Source: Tubulanus polymorphus (taxonomy: Eukaryota > Animalia > Nemertea). Taken from it: a DNA stretch of 64,000 nucleotides. The DNA lies in contig NC_134026.1 of assembly GCF_964204645.1 (NCBI RefSeq), forward strand, positions 9,695,950 to 9,759,949. The letters run 5' to 3'. A model generated the notes under the pieces. That model searched no databases and was not told where the DNA came from. It saw only the letters and a program-made list of their open reading frames with translations. Every line of letters starts with the position of its first letter. Position 1 is the first letter of the stretch. The translations under genes and the position numbers were made by a program. Below, in pieces: positions 26,316 to 38,339 of this stretch.

Positions 26316-27210
26316 TCTATATTATAAGCGGCAAGGCGTCTTTACTTTGTAACACGTAATCTACGGTCGTGTGGCTTCGATTACCCGTTGAGTGGTATGG
26401 ATTGAAAGAGGATGGTCTGATCTGTGTTTTAGAATCGATTTCGTGCCGATACGATAAAGTTTAGGTAGACTTTTGGACCATTTAAGTTTGGACGCTCCGC
26501 GTGACGTCACTGCGCGCGCTGATCAAAACAAACATTTGAGCGTCGGTTTTTGTATAGTGTGCTTGACCACAGAGACGCGGGTGACCTCAATTCTGGGGAT
26601 CTAATACATGTAGTGGAGATTACTGCGATGCGGTGAGCATCAGCTGTTGCTTGGCTTTTGACAACAGAGACGCTGGTGACCTCCTCTCTCTGCCTGGAAT
26701 CTAATAGTGGAGACTGTATGTATTCGAGCTCACCACAGCGCCACTTCCCTAAGAAAAGCATGCCAATCCATTCTTCTAAGAATCACCGAGATTTAATAGC
26801 CTGATCTGTTATTGTTTTCGGATTGAAAGGTATGAAAGAGTAATTCCAGTTACGTCCCTGTTTTGCCATGACATGCAGTTAACAAAGCACAGGGCCAAAC
26901 ATTCAGATACATTGGACTGGACTTCCGGAATTCACCATTCACACATGGCATGAACTATGTTTCCCTTTCCAGAGTACCCAGTACTCACCCAAACAAACCA
27001 AAAACATAGTTTACAGCGAAATATTTAATACTTTTCCTCTTCTTTGATATTTTTTTCTAATGCCAGACTTATAGTGTATATTTCATATCGATAAATAAAT
27101 ATATATATATATGATATTATATTACATATTATTATATATTATATTATTTTTATCCGCACCTTAGTGATTCATTATAATCTACCCGTGCGCCAGGACGGGT
27201 AGTTTGCTAG
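26316..27210 (+). mobile_element. Internally deleted Helitron with both termini and a Pif1 helicase remnant
   Basis: 5' TC after A. The 3' hairpin ACCCGT-GCGCCAGG-ACGGGT is followed by CTAG^T. 26835-26980 encodes PCFAMT..NKAQGQTFRYIGLDF..PFTHGMNYVSLSRV (helicase motifs V-VI). Confidence 0.92.
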
Positions 27211-28281
27211 TAATATATATAATAGGCCTAATAGATATTCCTAGATAAACTTAGGGCAAACATAAACAATTGATACTAATAATTCTATCCCATTTATACA
27301 TCATAACTTTTGATCTAACATCGGTATTTTCATTATTTTACCATTTTTCGGCTTGTTTCCATGGAAACCATAGGCATTTAGGTGAGATAAACATTTGGGG
27401 TCTTTCAATTTTACCTGAAAGTGCTATGAGTGTATTGCTCTTTAAATTTTTAAGTCTATCTCTTTTAGTTTGAGAGATATTGAGGTTTGGTTTACAAGAA
27501 ATCTTGTTTACATGAAATATTGCCATCTTATAGATCGCAGTTTTTGTGTATTGCTGAAACATGAGAAGACACGTTTCGCTCAAATTTTCGTGTGCGACAT
27601 CTCGAAAACTACTGAAGATGATTCAAAAATTTTAAAAGCATATTGTTATTTAAGCCCACCCCATTCAAACAAGCTTTCTTTCAGTAAGATTGGTACTATT
27701 TGAATTTTTCATGGATATAGTTTCGGGCCCTATATAACGAGGACCGTATAGCTCTACCCAGTAGGGCCAATTCTATTTTATATAGGCTAATTAAATTCAT
27801 TTCATGCACCTTCCAATCTATTTCTAACGTCACAGAAAGTTAGACAAGACTCTGTTCCTAACAATCACGGGAACGTTATGTTCGATCACAATTCACAGTA
27901 CTTACTTTATGAATTTCAATAGCGTATATCAATTGCACATCGTGTAAACTGCGCCCGTAAACTGTAAGGTTACCAAATTTGAATTGACTTGAAATGGAGC
28001 AGAGCACCCTCTCGTGGACAAAATATATATTTATATTAATTGAATTGGATTGAAAATTGACTCGGGAACCAGATCCGAAGATCCAAGAAAGAGGCCAAAG
28101 ACAACGGTAAAAGCATTTCTAGATATTAATTTTATCGAAGTAATCTCAAAATAAATGAGTTACTGTTTAAAAGAAAGATAACGTGTGAGAAAGAAGGCTC
28201 TCAGAGGGTCAAGATCTGTTCTCTAGTCGTACTAATTAGCGTCAACAACCGTCATCAAAAGCGTCAACGGACGTTTTTGTT

Positions 28282-29050
28282 CACAGGGGCTTGTAAACTG
28301 GCGAATTGGATAGTGACGAAGTCTTTATCAGAACTTCATAGCGGATAAATAAACAATATCAACACAAGGGGTGAAGTGCAGATGTGCACCTCTCGTAAAT
28401 GGTTCAATCAATCACGTTAAAAATCGCTGTTTCAGACTCAGAATTTCATTAGGAATTATTCAGTACAGTGGTTTATTTTATGATATCTCCACTAGAAATT
28501 AGATTTTTTTGCCTGGATTTTGTCTCAAAATCGTCGCAATTTTTAACCAGACGCCATATTTATTGGATGAGTGAATCTAAAGTGAAGATTTGTTTGAAAT
28601 ATTTGCTGAAACAATCTTTCATGACTCACTCAATTTGAGGAAGAAATGTAAAAATTTATTGTCAATTTCAATAATGATATCAGATTACCCCTCACATCGT
28701 TTCAGCGAATACTTTTCACAAATCTCTACTTGAGATTTACCAATCCAATATGGCGTCCTATTGAAAGATCGTCATGATTTCAAGATAAAAACCCTGGCCA
28801 AATACCATTTTCTAGTAGAGATATCATAAAATTAATCACTGCATTGGATTCTGTGAGACATTCTGAAGCTAGAACAGCGATTTGTAATTCAGTAGATTGC
28901 GTCAATCACGAGAGGTGCAGATCTGCACTTTAACCACACAAGGTATTCCCATGGTATTTTGAATTTATTTGCAGTGCAAATTTAGCGCCAATCTCACGCG
29001 ATTAACAACATCCCGGAATTAAAATCCAAGCCAGTTTACAAGCCCCCGTG
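28282..29050. mobile_element. Non-autonomous DNA transposon with CAC..GTG termini (possibly P superfamily)
   Basis: TIRs CACAGGGGCTTGTAAACTGGC and GCCAGTTTACAAGCCCCCGTG. Flanks TTTTGTT and ATTTGTT suggest a 7-bp TSD with one mismatch. Confidence 0.8.
28370..28935. mobile_element. Fold-back MITE with ~200-bp imperfect TIRs, nested in the previous element (MULE- or Merlin-like)
   Basis: GGTGAAGTGCAGATGTGCACCTCTCGT and ACGAGAGGTGCAGATCTGCACTTTAACC termini, perfect 8-bp TSD ACACAAGG, and further internal inverted matches. Confidence 0.88.
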
Positions 29051-29306
29051 ATTTGTTCAGGGTTTAGCATCAACAAACGTCGGGATATGTGCAGGATTTG
29101 CAGGATGTTGACTATTGTCTGAATCCCCTTGATAAAAAAACAACTTGATATTCTAAAAACTTTTATTATTAATTATTAAGAAGACACTCATTACTCAGAA
29201 GTTAGAAACAACTTTAATAATATTCAAGACATATCTCAATACTAGCGCGTAGTATAGGTACTATGATTGAATATGCGTTGATATTGAAATAGAAAGCAAA
29301 TAGAAA

Positions 29307-30385
29307 AATATAGCTGCATAGCAACGATAACGGGTTTTCTGCCTAATTGGTTCATATGTCAAACTGGGAAGCGTACGAAGATTTCATCGAAATAATTAGA
29401 GCCCATAACATATGACTATTGCCAAGAAGCGCAACCTGGGTCAACATTATGCTGGATATATGGATATTAGGAGTCCATTTGTCAAAGCATCGAAGCAATA
29501 CAGTCCAACTTGTTTATGTCTCAGATGGAGCGCGTGGGGCTGGGCCGTCATTATATTACTGACTTATCCAAATTACACTTACACAGCGCAACGTTTTTCA
29601 GTGTGTAAACTCCGTCGTACTCGGCATTATAGGACAGTGAGGAATTGAAATTTAGCCACCTGAGCCCTTGGCTTGATTCGAGCAAAAGACCTTAAATGAC
29701 TTCACAGAATTTTATTATGGGTCTAGGATTTTCTAAATTTTCGAAGAATGCTTTCTCTGGTTTTGAGATCAATTAAAATTCACTCCTGAATACATTAGTA
29801 AAAAATTAGTCAAATAGATTCTTATTTTATTGAAAGAAATTCTACTGAACACAGATTTTGAAATGAATTATGTGTCGATTGATCCAGACGAAATAATTAC
29901 AGCTAAATCAACTGACGATCAACAAGGTGGAGTTTTCATTTATCTTCGGATAATTTGTCTACCCCTGATGATACAAGCATTTTGGCGACATCTTTTGAAA
30001 CCTCAACGCTTTATCTGCGCGCGTCAATTAGTCAGCCACAGTCGATTTTCATGCCATCTGACCTCTTTCCACCTGTAATTAAGCAATCTAATCCTGGATC
30101 CTGGATCCACCGCTGGAAAATAGTTGAATTTAATAAGGTTATTTATAGGTGCCTAAATATATTTTTTGCTTGGTATGGGCTAATAAGTATGCCAAGTGTT
30201 CTACGGGTACTGTTTTATGTATCAATTAGGTTTGCGCCATGAAAAATGACCCTCAGATTTTGTGATCATACCCTCAAAAGCCCCTCAAATACCCCTCAAA
30301 TTTCATATCGATGGTTCTGTAGGAACCAAGATGTAAGAATTACTCAGTTATGTAATATAATAGAGGAGTGAAAGAAAGTATAATA
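29307..30385. repeat. Interspersed repeat, copy 1 (homologous to 57669-58720; Helentron/HINE-like end)
   Basis: Begins AATATAGCTGCATAGCAACGAT and aligns by eye with 57.67-58.72 kb. Carries an extra ~240-bp insert (about 30088-30328) ending in a hAT-like GTAGGAACC. Confidence 0.85.
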
Positions 30386-30390
30386 AATAT

Positions 30391-31649
30391 TTAAACCATG
30401 AGATCAAAACTGGTATACCAGTTGGCGGTGACCAAATAATAACCAAGATCGTGGTATGGTTCACATAAGTTCATAACCGTGGTAATTATTTTTCGACCAG
30501 CTGGAACATTTTTGTCTGGCTGAGCTATTTGAACATTGGCAATATAACCATTAGATTCAGCTAACATGTATATCTTCATACCGAACCTTATTGGTTTATT
30601 TGGCATAAAATGACGCCCGGGAGTACGTCCCTTACTTTTAATCATACTCTCATCTAAGGACAAATCTCTCTTTGGCTGATACACGTCCCTAAACTTTGGT
30701 ACAATTACATCAAACAGATACCGAACCTTGTAATATATGTCATATTGGTTTCCATCACGAACTGGGGCCTGGTGTTCATCTGTGAAATGTAAATATCTCA
30801 TTATTTGAAGAAACCGATTGCGGGGGAAAATTTCAGCGATTCCTGGGATATGGGTTAGACGACGAGATGAGCTCCACAATTTTGACAATCTTCCTCTGAA
30901 CTGAATCAGACCAATTACAATTATAACACCCATAAACGTTTTGAGTTCATCAACTGTGATATCTACCCATAGTGACTTATGTTTATTTGGTTCAGCATCA
31001 TGTTTAGCTTCATAATTGCGGTTTGTTTCTCTGACGATGTGCTGGAGTACATCATTGTCAAAATATAACTCAAATAATTCTAGAGCAGACAGATCTTGCA
31101 CATTTACTTTAGGCCCATTCTGTCCCACTCTAAATCTCTTTTCAGTAGGAGCTGTTATATTAGTTGTCCATCCCTCATCAGGATGTTCTAGAACTAGATT
31201 GCTCCCCTTAACAACATTTTCCTCACCTCCATCGACATTATTATTATTGCCAGCATCAATCGGCGGTGCAGCAATACCAATGGGCCTACGATTATTATTG
31301 CCATCGTCACTGTTATTTCCATCAGATTCAGAGTCATTTTCGGCATCAAAATCGGAGGAATAATCACCTTCAAATTCACTGTCACTTCGGTTATCATTTT
31401 CACTTTCGTCACTACTTTCGGTGTTCTCAAAACCATCCAAAAAATTATCAAAAACGTTCCTATTTTGACGAAATGCCATTTTAATAATATAAACGTTGCG
31501 TCCGGTTGATGATTAGTTCGTTACTTTAGCGGTAGATGGCAGCACGTCCTAGTGGGAGGCTTCTAAAATTAGCGACTTAAAATTCCGTCTCCTGGTAATG
31601 CTACAGTTTATGTCATCGACGTAATATTACGCTTCCTGAAACCATCGGG
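30391..31649 (-). mobile_element. piggyBac (PGBD4-like) 5' half: left terminus plus truncated transposase ORF (30391-31479, 362 aa)
   Basis: TTAA-CCCGATGG terminus at 31649, an acidic N-terminus, then ELFELYF..IVRETNRN, RNRFLQIMRYLHF, SLDESMI..KGR, KPIRFGMK and VTANWYTS (second catalytic D replaced by A). Confidence 0.93.
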
Positions 31650-32215
31650 TTAATACAGTGTTGTAAAATGACTATATTTAGTATCTGAATAAAGTTTATA
31701 ATTCTTGAACTCCTTAGTGCTTTGTGAGATCAGATATTTGGATCTACCTCAGCCTTCTGATTTCCTGATACAGACAGCAAGTTGGGACAGTCAAATTAAG
31801 AGACTTGGTCAAGACAAGTTACTCAGATCACACTGGAAATTCGCAATATCCTCTTTCCTCATGGACCACACAATGGCAATGTTGACTTTGCTAGAGATTT
31901 ATTATAAAATTCATCACGACCAATTCTTTTTCACTGAATTCAATATTTATTGTTCACTTCTGGTACAAAATCTTGTTCAGCCCCTGACAAGAGAATAAGC
32001 AATGACACTACGTATTTCATGACATAGAACGGTAGTTTTTTTTTTCATCGACAAATTGGGACTATCCTGATATCCCTGATTTGAATGATAGTGTCTTTAG
32101 AATCATAAAAACCATGTCTCGACCAGACGGATAATCCAATCACAATTCAAATTGAAAGCTCGCTAGTGCAGTTATTCACAGAATCCAGCTCTTTAAACCT
32201 CATCAGTTTATCAGA

Positions 32216-32300
32216 TCGTGAGCATCGGAGAAATATAGTACACAACATCTTGGCGCAGCGGCGCATGCTGATGTAACTGATGATGATGATGATGATGATG
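32216..32300 (+). mobile_element. 85-bp 5'-truncated non-LTR (RTE-like) insertion with (GAT)n tail
   Basis: 11-bp TSD AGTTTATCAGA (32205-32215 and 32301-32311). Encodes an RTE-like C-terminus (D)REHRRNIV and ends in a (GAT)n tail. Confidence 0.75.
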
Positions 32301-32832
32301 AGTTTATCAGAATCAAGGAGTTTCACCGCCTGTTATTTGGAATCTCATTTCATGACGGCTAGTGCTGATTCTTTATTCTCTTCAATTACTGTTTGATGTT
32401 ATCATTCTGAAATTGAAATACATATCACACTTACAATTAAACCTGGATTGACTTTACAATTAATGGTTCAGAATCCATTTTTCAAACTTACCTTGATGCA
32501 TTGCAATCTATTCTTTTCATGTTGAGCTAATTTGATGCGCATTACTTCAATTTCTTAAAACATCCTATAAGTTGTGACTCACAAAATCATCACTAAAACG
32601 CTTACAATAATCTACAATAGATAATCAATATAGTGATTGTGAAATAGCACTCATATTCAATGTTCACATTTTTACGAAGTAAGTAAGTAGGTGAAGTCAC
32701 CTTGTTGATGTCATTATTTTCACTGGATCAACTGCTGATGTCCAATGTGACATTAAGAACAATCAATCAATCGCCTCGAGTGAACAAACAAGTAGCCTCT
32801 GCTGCATGGTTCAGTATGTCAGTTGTGGTATA

Positions 32833-35800
32833 CAGAGGCGCCGGAAGCAAATATTTATTCCCCCGACCTATTTTTAAAACCAGTATCTCAGCAAACAAGT
32901 GGGGGGTTCTGGGGATCACCCCCGAGAAAATTTTGAGAAAATTAAGCCGTTTCATGCATTCTGGGGGGGCATCTGGAATAAGACGACACTGAACAATTCT
33001 GACCTATTTTGAAGCAAGTAAAAAAGTAGTGGCTTACCATAAAAAATTTCACAGTCCAATCTCCCTTCACCAAACATATTTATTCACATAACTTGTATAA
33101 AATAACCGATAAATTCGTGTCTGTCCTAGTCTCTCAGTCTCTATCCTACGGTTTATGTACTGTACTCCAAGATATAATATTTAGTACTTGAATATTTACA
33201 CTATATACAATAATAATCCGAGCTAAGTACTGGTATCCAATTAAACGTTTCCAAAAATTGAGAGCCGATGCTCTGAGTGCTTTACAAAGTCTCTAATTGC
33301 TTCGTTGATGTTAATTTTATCTGTCTGTTCTATGTGCACGTGCAGCAACAGGAGGTCATTCAGTTATGTTTGCGTTAAGGTGGAACGTAAATATGTTTTC
33401 AGTCTTTTCAGTGCATATATCAGTCTTCTCAGAGGTGGCATTTGTAGCAGGTAGCACAAGTATCAGATTTAGAACAGTGCATATTTCTGATAAGTAGCAA
33501 CGGACAGCTGTCAGCATCGCTTTGAAGTGATCAATGATATCCTGCAGTGTTACATCTGAGTCACGGTCACAAAACTTTACTTCCAAAGTTTTTAGTTGTG
33601 TTTGTAATAAATCACTGTCAAAATCGGATCCATAGAAACTAACAACAGCCGAAAATTGTTCTTCGTAATCCCGACCATTGCATGCATTGATAATAAGATC
33701 CTGTAGATGTTTATACTGATTAAATCCCTCCTGATCAAATCGACTTTCGATAGAAATTATAATTCTGTCCAAAACATCAAAGTACTGAGATCTGAAGTAG
33801 TCACGTGGAGTTCCAGGATGCTCTGGAGCTGCATTCCCCATTTCAAATCTAGCTGGTGTATTTCGTCTCCGTGGAAGTTTAGGATCACTTATTTCCAGCT
33901 TTGGATATCCATCTTCATCAGTTTGTTGTGCCATTTTTAATACTGTATCATAAAACAAATCGAAGTCTCTATCAGTTCGTATTGCCCGTAGAGTTGAGAG
34001 TGTATCCATAGCACATTTTTGACCAGCAGCTGCAGTAAGATTTGGATTCTGGAGTGTTTTACTGAGATTATCCGCATGTCTCAGGACTAATCTGGCCAAG
34101 TTGACTCCCCAGAAAAAATCCCACTGTTTCATCTGTGATTGAACGCCAATAATCCTTGCTTTTGTATCAGTGTCTTTGACATAATCTGTTTGCTCCCATA
34201 ACTCTAGTAAAATCTGATAATTATCCAAGATACTACTGAGGGAAGCGGCTCGTACAGTCCATCTAGTAGGACACAGAACACGGAGACCAGGTGTATTAGG
34301 TTCCAGCTCTTCTTTAATCTTATGAAATATTCCATCTCTACGCGGAGAATATTTCACCAGTTTGCATATTTCGTGGGAAATATCATCCTTCGTAACTTTT
34401 ACAGCTTTAATGGCATCATTTGCTGCGAGATTTAGTGAATGCCCGTAACAATGAATGAATACAGCTCGCGGTTCATGAGCTTGGACTTTTGCTGCGAGCC
34501 CACTTTTTTTTCCAGTCATATTACTGGCGCCATCATAACATTGTCCTCTGCACTGAGAATAGCTCAAATTGAGACGAGTGAGCACATCGTGTACCACGGC
34601 CGCTAAAGTGTCCACAGTTATATCTGACACATGGTACATACCAATGAAATCCTCATGAACTGAAAGGTCACTAGCTACCCATCTCAAGACTATGACCATT
34701 TGTTCTTTATTTGAATTATCGGTTGCCTCATCCACCATAATACTAAAGAATGGCGATTCTTTAATTCTGGATACGATAGTACGCAGTACTTTCATGGCAA
34801 GGACGTTGATGAGTTCATTCTGGCTATCATGGCTAACATATTTATTACGTTTTTTGTCCAGCCATCTTAACATTGACGAATCATCAGAAGCACGTAACTT
34901 AAACAGCTGTATGAAATGGCCACTTTCAGTATCGTGCCCTCTGAATGGAAGTCCTTGCCGACCTAGGAATCTGACATTCTCAAAGAGTTTTCTCAGCATA
35001 CTCTTGTTGTGGATTTTTTCTTTAGCATGAATTTCACTAAGAGACTCTCCAACGTCTTTTGTACTATTCGGCAGTGTAATGACTCTCTCCATGGCCTCCT
35101 TGTGACACTTAGTTCCCTCGTGATCCTTGAATACTCTATTCGCCTCTTTCCAATTTGAAAATCCTCTCTCGATGAAAGCTTTATCAGTTTTTGAATTTGC
35201 CAGTTTATTTTCATTTTTTGCTCTTGTGCAAACATAACATAGAACGATGTCGTCGTTCTCGCGGTAGTCCAACCAAGGATACTTGTCAAACCACTCCTAT
35301 TGGAATCTCCTTTTCAGTTTACTTTTTTTGCCGAATTCTCTGTATGGAAATTCCAGATTTTTTGGCTGATTTGGTGCATTTAGTCCAGCAGAACCGAGGC
35401 TGGAATCTGGCTGCTGTTTATCGGTTGAAACATGACCAGTCATCTGAGTTTCTAGCTGTCATTCTTGACTAAGAGAATCACAATCAGTAGTCGGGGTTTC
35501 TAGCTCAACAGAATTAGATTCTTGACTATCAATGGATCTCTTTCGTTTTTTGAAATAACTTAGTATTGAAGACATCTTAGCCCTGTTGTGATAAGGTCTC
35601 TAATGAGGAAGCATGGTCGGAAAAATAAAGGTAGTCATGCTATGGTCTAGACATAATAAATCAGCAATTAGTGGATTTGACAGCTTTTAAGAACTGTTTA
35701 CATACTTTGGATCTTGCTGTGAATACTACTAGTACTGACGTACTGTTGTTTATATGGTCCAGACTTCACACTCACACAGTCACATACACTCACACTTGTA

Positions 35801-35925
35801 AACAGCTGTGGTCGGGAAGCTGGGAAATGCTTTGATGTTTGAAACTTAATTAGGAAAATGTCATGATCTGAAAAATTATTGCCCCGACCTTGGTCGGGGT
35901 GGTCGGGGCGGTTCCGGCGCCTCTG
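32833..35925 (-). mobile_element. Near full-length hAT transposon (ZMYM1/Tip100-like)
   Basis: TIRs CAGAGGCGCCGGAA and TTCCGGCGCCTCTG enclose a single transposase gene. The TSD is degenerate. Confidence 0.93.
33233..35575 (-). pseudogene. hAT transposase (TTF-type zinc finger, DUF4371, DDE, dimerisation domain), lightly disabled
   Basis: ATG at 35575 (MSSILSYFKK), two in-frame stops before the 638-aa ORF 33356-35272 (FRGH, FSIMVDEATD, GQCYDGAS, HCYGHSLNL, TRW, PATNATSE), and a frameshift in the dimerisation domain. Confidence 0.92.
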
Positions 35926-37322
35926 CGTGGAGAAATACTCCTTCGTTGGAGCACCAGCATCATATCTAAAATTTGGAATTGTAAATTCAAAGATATCAAA
36001 ACACTCAATGATACACTATATAGTGACAACAATTTAATTATTTGCAAATAATGAACTATCGGTTATAAGGAACATATTTTCCAGTCCCCTGAAGTTCATT
36101 GCAGCATTCACTATTAATAATGCCCCAAAATTAGTGGTTTGGGAAAAGAATGTCCAACATTTAAAAAATGCTGTCATATCTTTTAATATGATGATAACAT
36201 AAACTCTCCTGCTAAATATCTATCGGGTGCATGTGAAGTTCCGTGCCCTTTTCTTCCCTTCTAATTTTGTATACATTTTTGATTTGTCGCCTAACTAAGT
36301 TACTATTAATTTTCTAAGAATTCAAATTGAACAATCTACTGCGCGTTACCTACCCTTCTTCCCCAGCAAATATGACCTTTGGCTGCCTTCTAAGGTTTAC
36401 AGTTGGCCTCTTATAGAGGCCAAGAACTTGGGATAAAACACAAGAGTCTCCCATTCGATCCACATGGAGCTTTTGTTGCCTAGCTCCATAGTCAGGTTCC
36501 TTGGCGTTTGACACAAACTTTTCAATAGTATCGAATTCATCAGCTGAAAATGAGTTGAAATTTTATATACCCATCAAAAATTTCAATGAAAAATGGCAAA
36601 CCATTCAGAAGCTACGGGTTTTGAAATTCAGTGCAGAAATGAACTTTTTAGGCACTAAAATCAAAGGACGGCCATCTTGTACCCGATCGTAACTTAAAAA
36701 CAGATATGCGAAAAATGAAATTCATTTAATTCGGTTGTAATGGAAAACTTAATTAGCAAAATTGTTGGTTCAACCACAGAGCTAGGACTCAAGATTACGC
36801 CAACTCGCATAGCCTCCCATATACTTACATACAGATAATGTGTTAACAACTGAACAACTATCAATGGTTCCCTCTACATTAGTATTAGCTCGGACTGCAC
36901 AAACAATTTCTTCCTCTGTACGATTGGGAAACATTTCAACCAGGTTTCTCGTAAATTCTTAATCACTGAGGCCCTGAATCAAGGAAATATCGAAAATATG
37001 GGACAAACTACAATTGTATCACAACTTCATTCTTGGGGATAAAGATAGTTTCAAGGGTCGGTTGCTTGTTGGTTTACCAGCAGATAAATGCAATCATAAC
37101 AATGGTTGTTTAATTGATATATCAACAATCCAAAGATTAATTGAAACCAACTTTTGAGCATCCGAGCCCATATATTTAGCCAATATACCACTTACCTGGT
37201 CTGTCTTAAGAATACATTCAGCGATAATTTCAGGTTCCTATGAATACATAAAGAATATCTTAATCTATACATTTGCGATAGTCTGGGAAAAAAGAAATCA
37301 AGACAAGGCCCACTAACTTCAG

Positions 37323-37472
37323 GAGTCAATTGCTCAAAATTTGGTTAAAATAACCAATGGATAAATACAAAAATTCATAAAGACTATGAATTTTTGATAA
37401 ATACCATAGTAACAATGAATTTTTGTCACCTCACTGGTGGTTAACCCTAACCAACTTTTGAGTAACTGGCCC
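37323..37472. mobile_element. Small Harbinger-like MITE
   Basis: Imperfect TIRs GAGTCAATTGCTCAAAATTTGGTTA and TAACCAACTTTTGAGTAACTGGCCC. TSD not resolved. Confidence 0.65.
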
Positions 37473-37707
37473 CTAGACAGGCAATTAATTGGCTTGCAAT
37501 TCAAAAAACAAGCTATATTTTAGTCAATTTATTGAGTGTATATCACTATAGGGTGATTCATTTATTATGTACATCATAAAGAGTATGTAAGCAACGGTTG
37601 GTACGTATTAATAAAATAAATTATTTGCTCAAATTTGAAAGCGTCCACTGGAAAGGAGCGTTGTGATAATTAATGAGAGGTGTATACAAAAGGTATTGGA
37701 CCTCATA

Positions 37708-37988
37708 AACAAGGAGCCTGTCGGCTTACATAGCTCCGCTGTGTGATTTGAAGGAATAACTGCCCTATACCTAGGGCCCCTATACTTGATTGTAGATATT
37801 GGTCCACAGAATATTCATGCAAAATTTGGAATTGATCTGATTAAAACTGTAGGACAAGTAGCGATTTGAAGAAATAGAAGCTCCACCCCAAGAGGCGCCC
37901 CCTGGGGAACGAACGAACGGACGGACGACAACGGCTCACCCCCTTACCCATCAGCTCCGCTGACCTTCGGTCACAGCGGAGTTAAAAA
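37708..37988. mobile_element. Helentron-associated (HINE/DINE-1-like) non-autonomous element
   Basis: AACAAG start, subterminal repeat AGCTCCGCTG at both ends, (ACGA/ACGG)n microsatellite, terminal hairpin CTCCGCTG..CAGCGGAG and an A-run. Confidence 0.75.
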
Positions 37989-38339
37989 CAGCACATTTTT
38001 GCATACTTAAAAAAATGACTGAAAATGATCCCTATGTAAATGCAGCCATCAGTCGTTTTTATTTTCTGGCCCATTGAACATTTGTAATATTTTGCACTAC
38101 TCAATTAGGTCATATAACGAACTGGATGGGAAAACTGCGCAGTATGGCTTGTAGTATTGTTCTATTGTTTTATTCCCTTCACATTGCCAAAAGTTAAATT
38201 GAGAAAATACCAACGATGGTAAATCATGAGCCTGCTCTAGTAAAGTACTAACAATTATCAGATATTAATATTTTAAGTTAAAAGTTGAAGTAAAAATGAA
38301 ATATTCCTCAAAAAATCTAATCTTCCATCTAAGCACAAG

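Noticed and set aside
31016-31484. Plus-strand ORFs overlapping the piggyBac gene
   Set aside because: Antisense shadows of the real minus-strand ORF. The same applies to the shadows over the hAT, Gypsy and Kolobok genes.
33356-35272. Domesticated ZMYM1-like host gene
   Set aside because: It is enclosed by TIRs, has two upstream in-frame stops and a C-terminal frameshift, so it is a disabled transposon copy.
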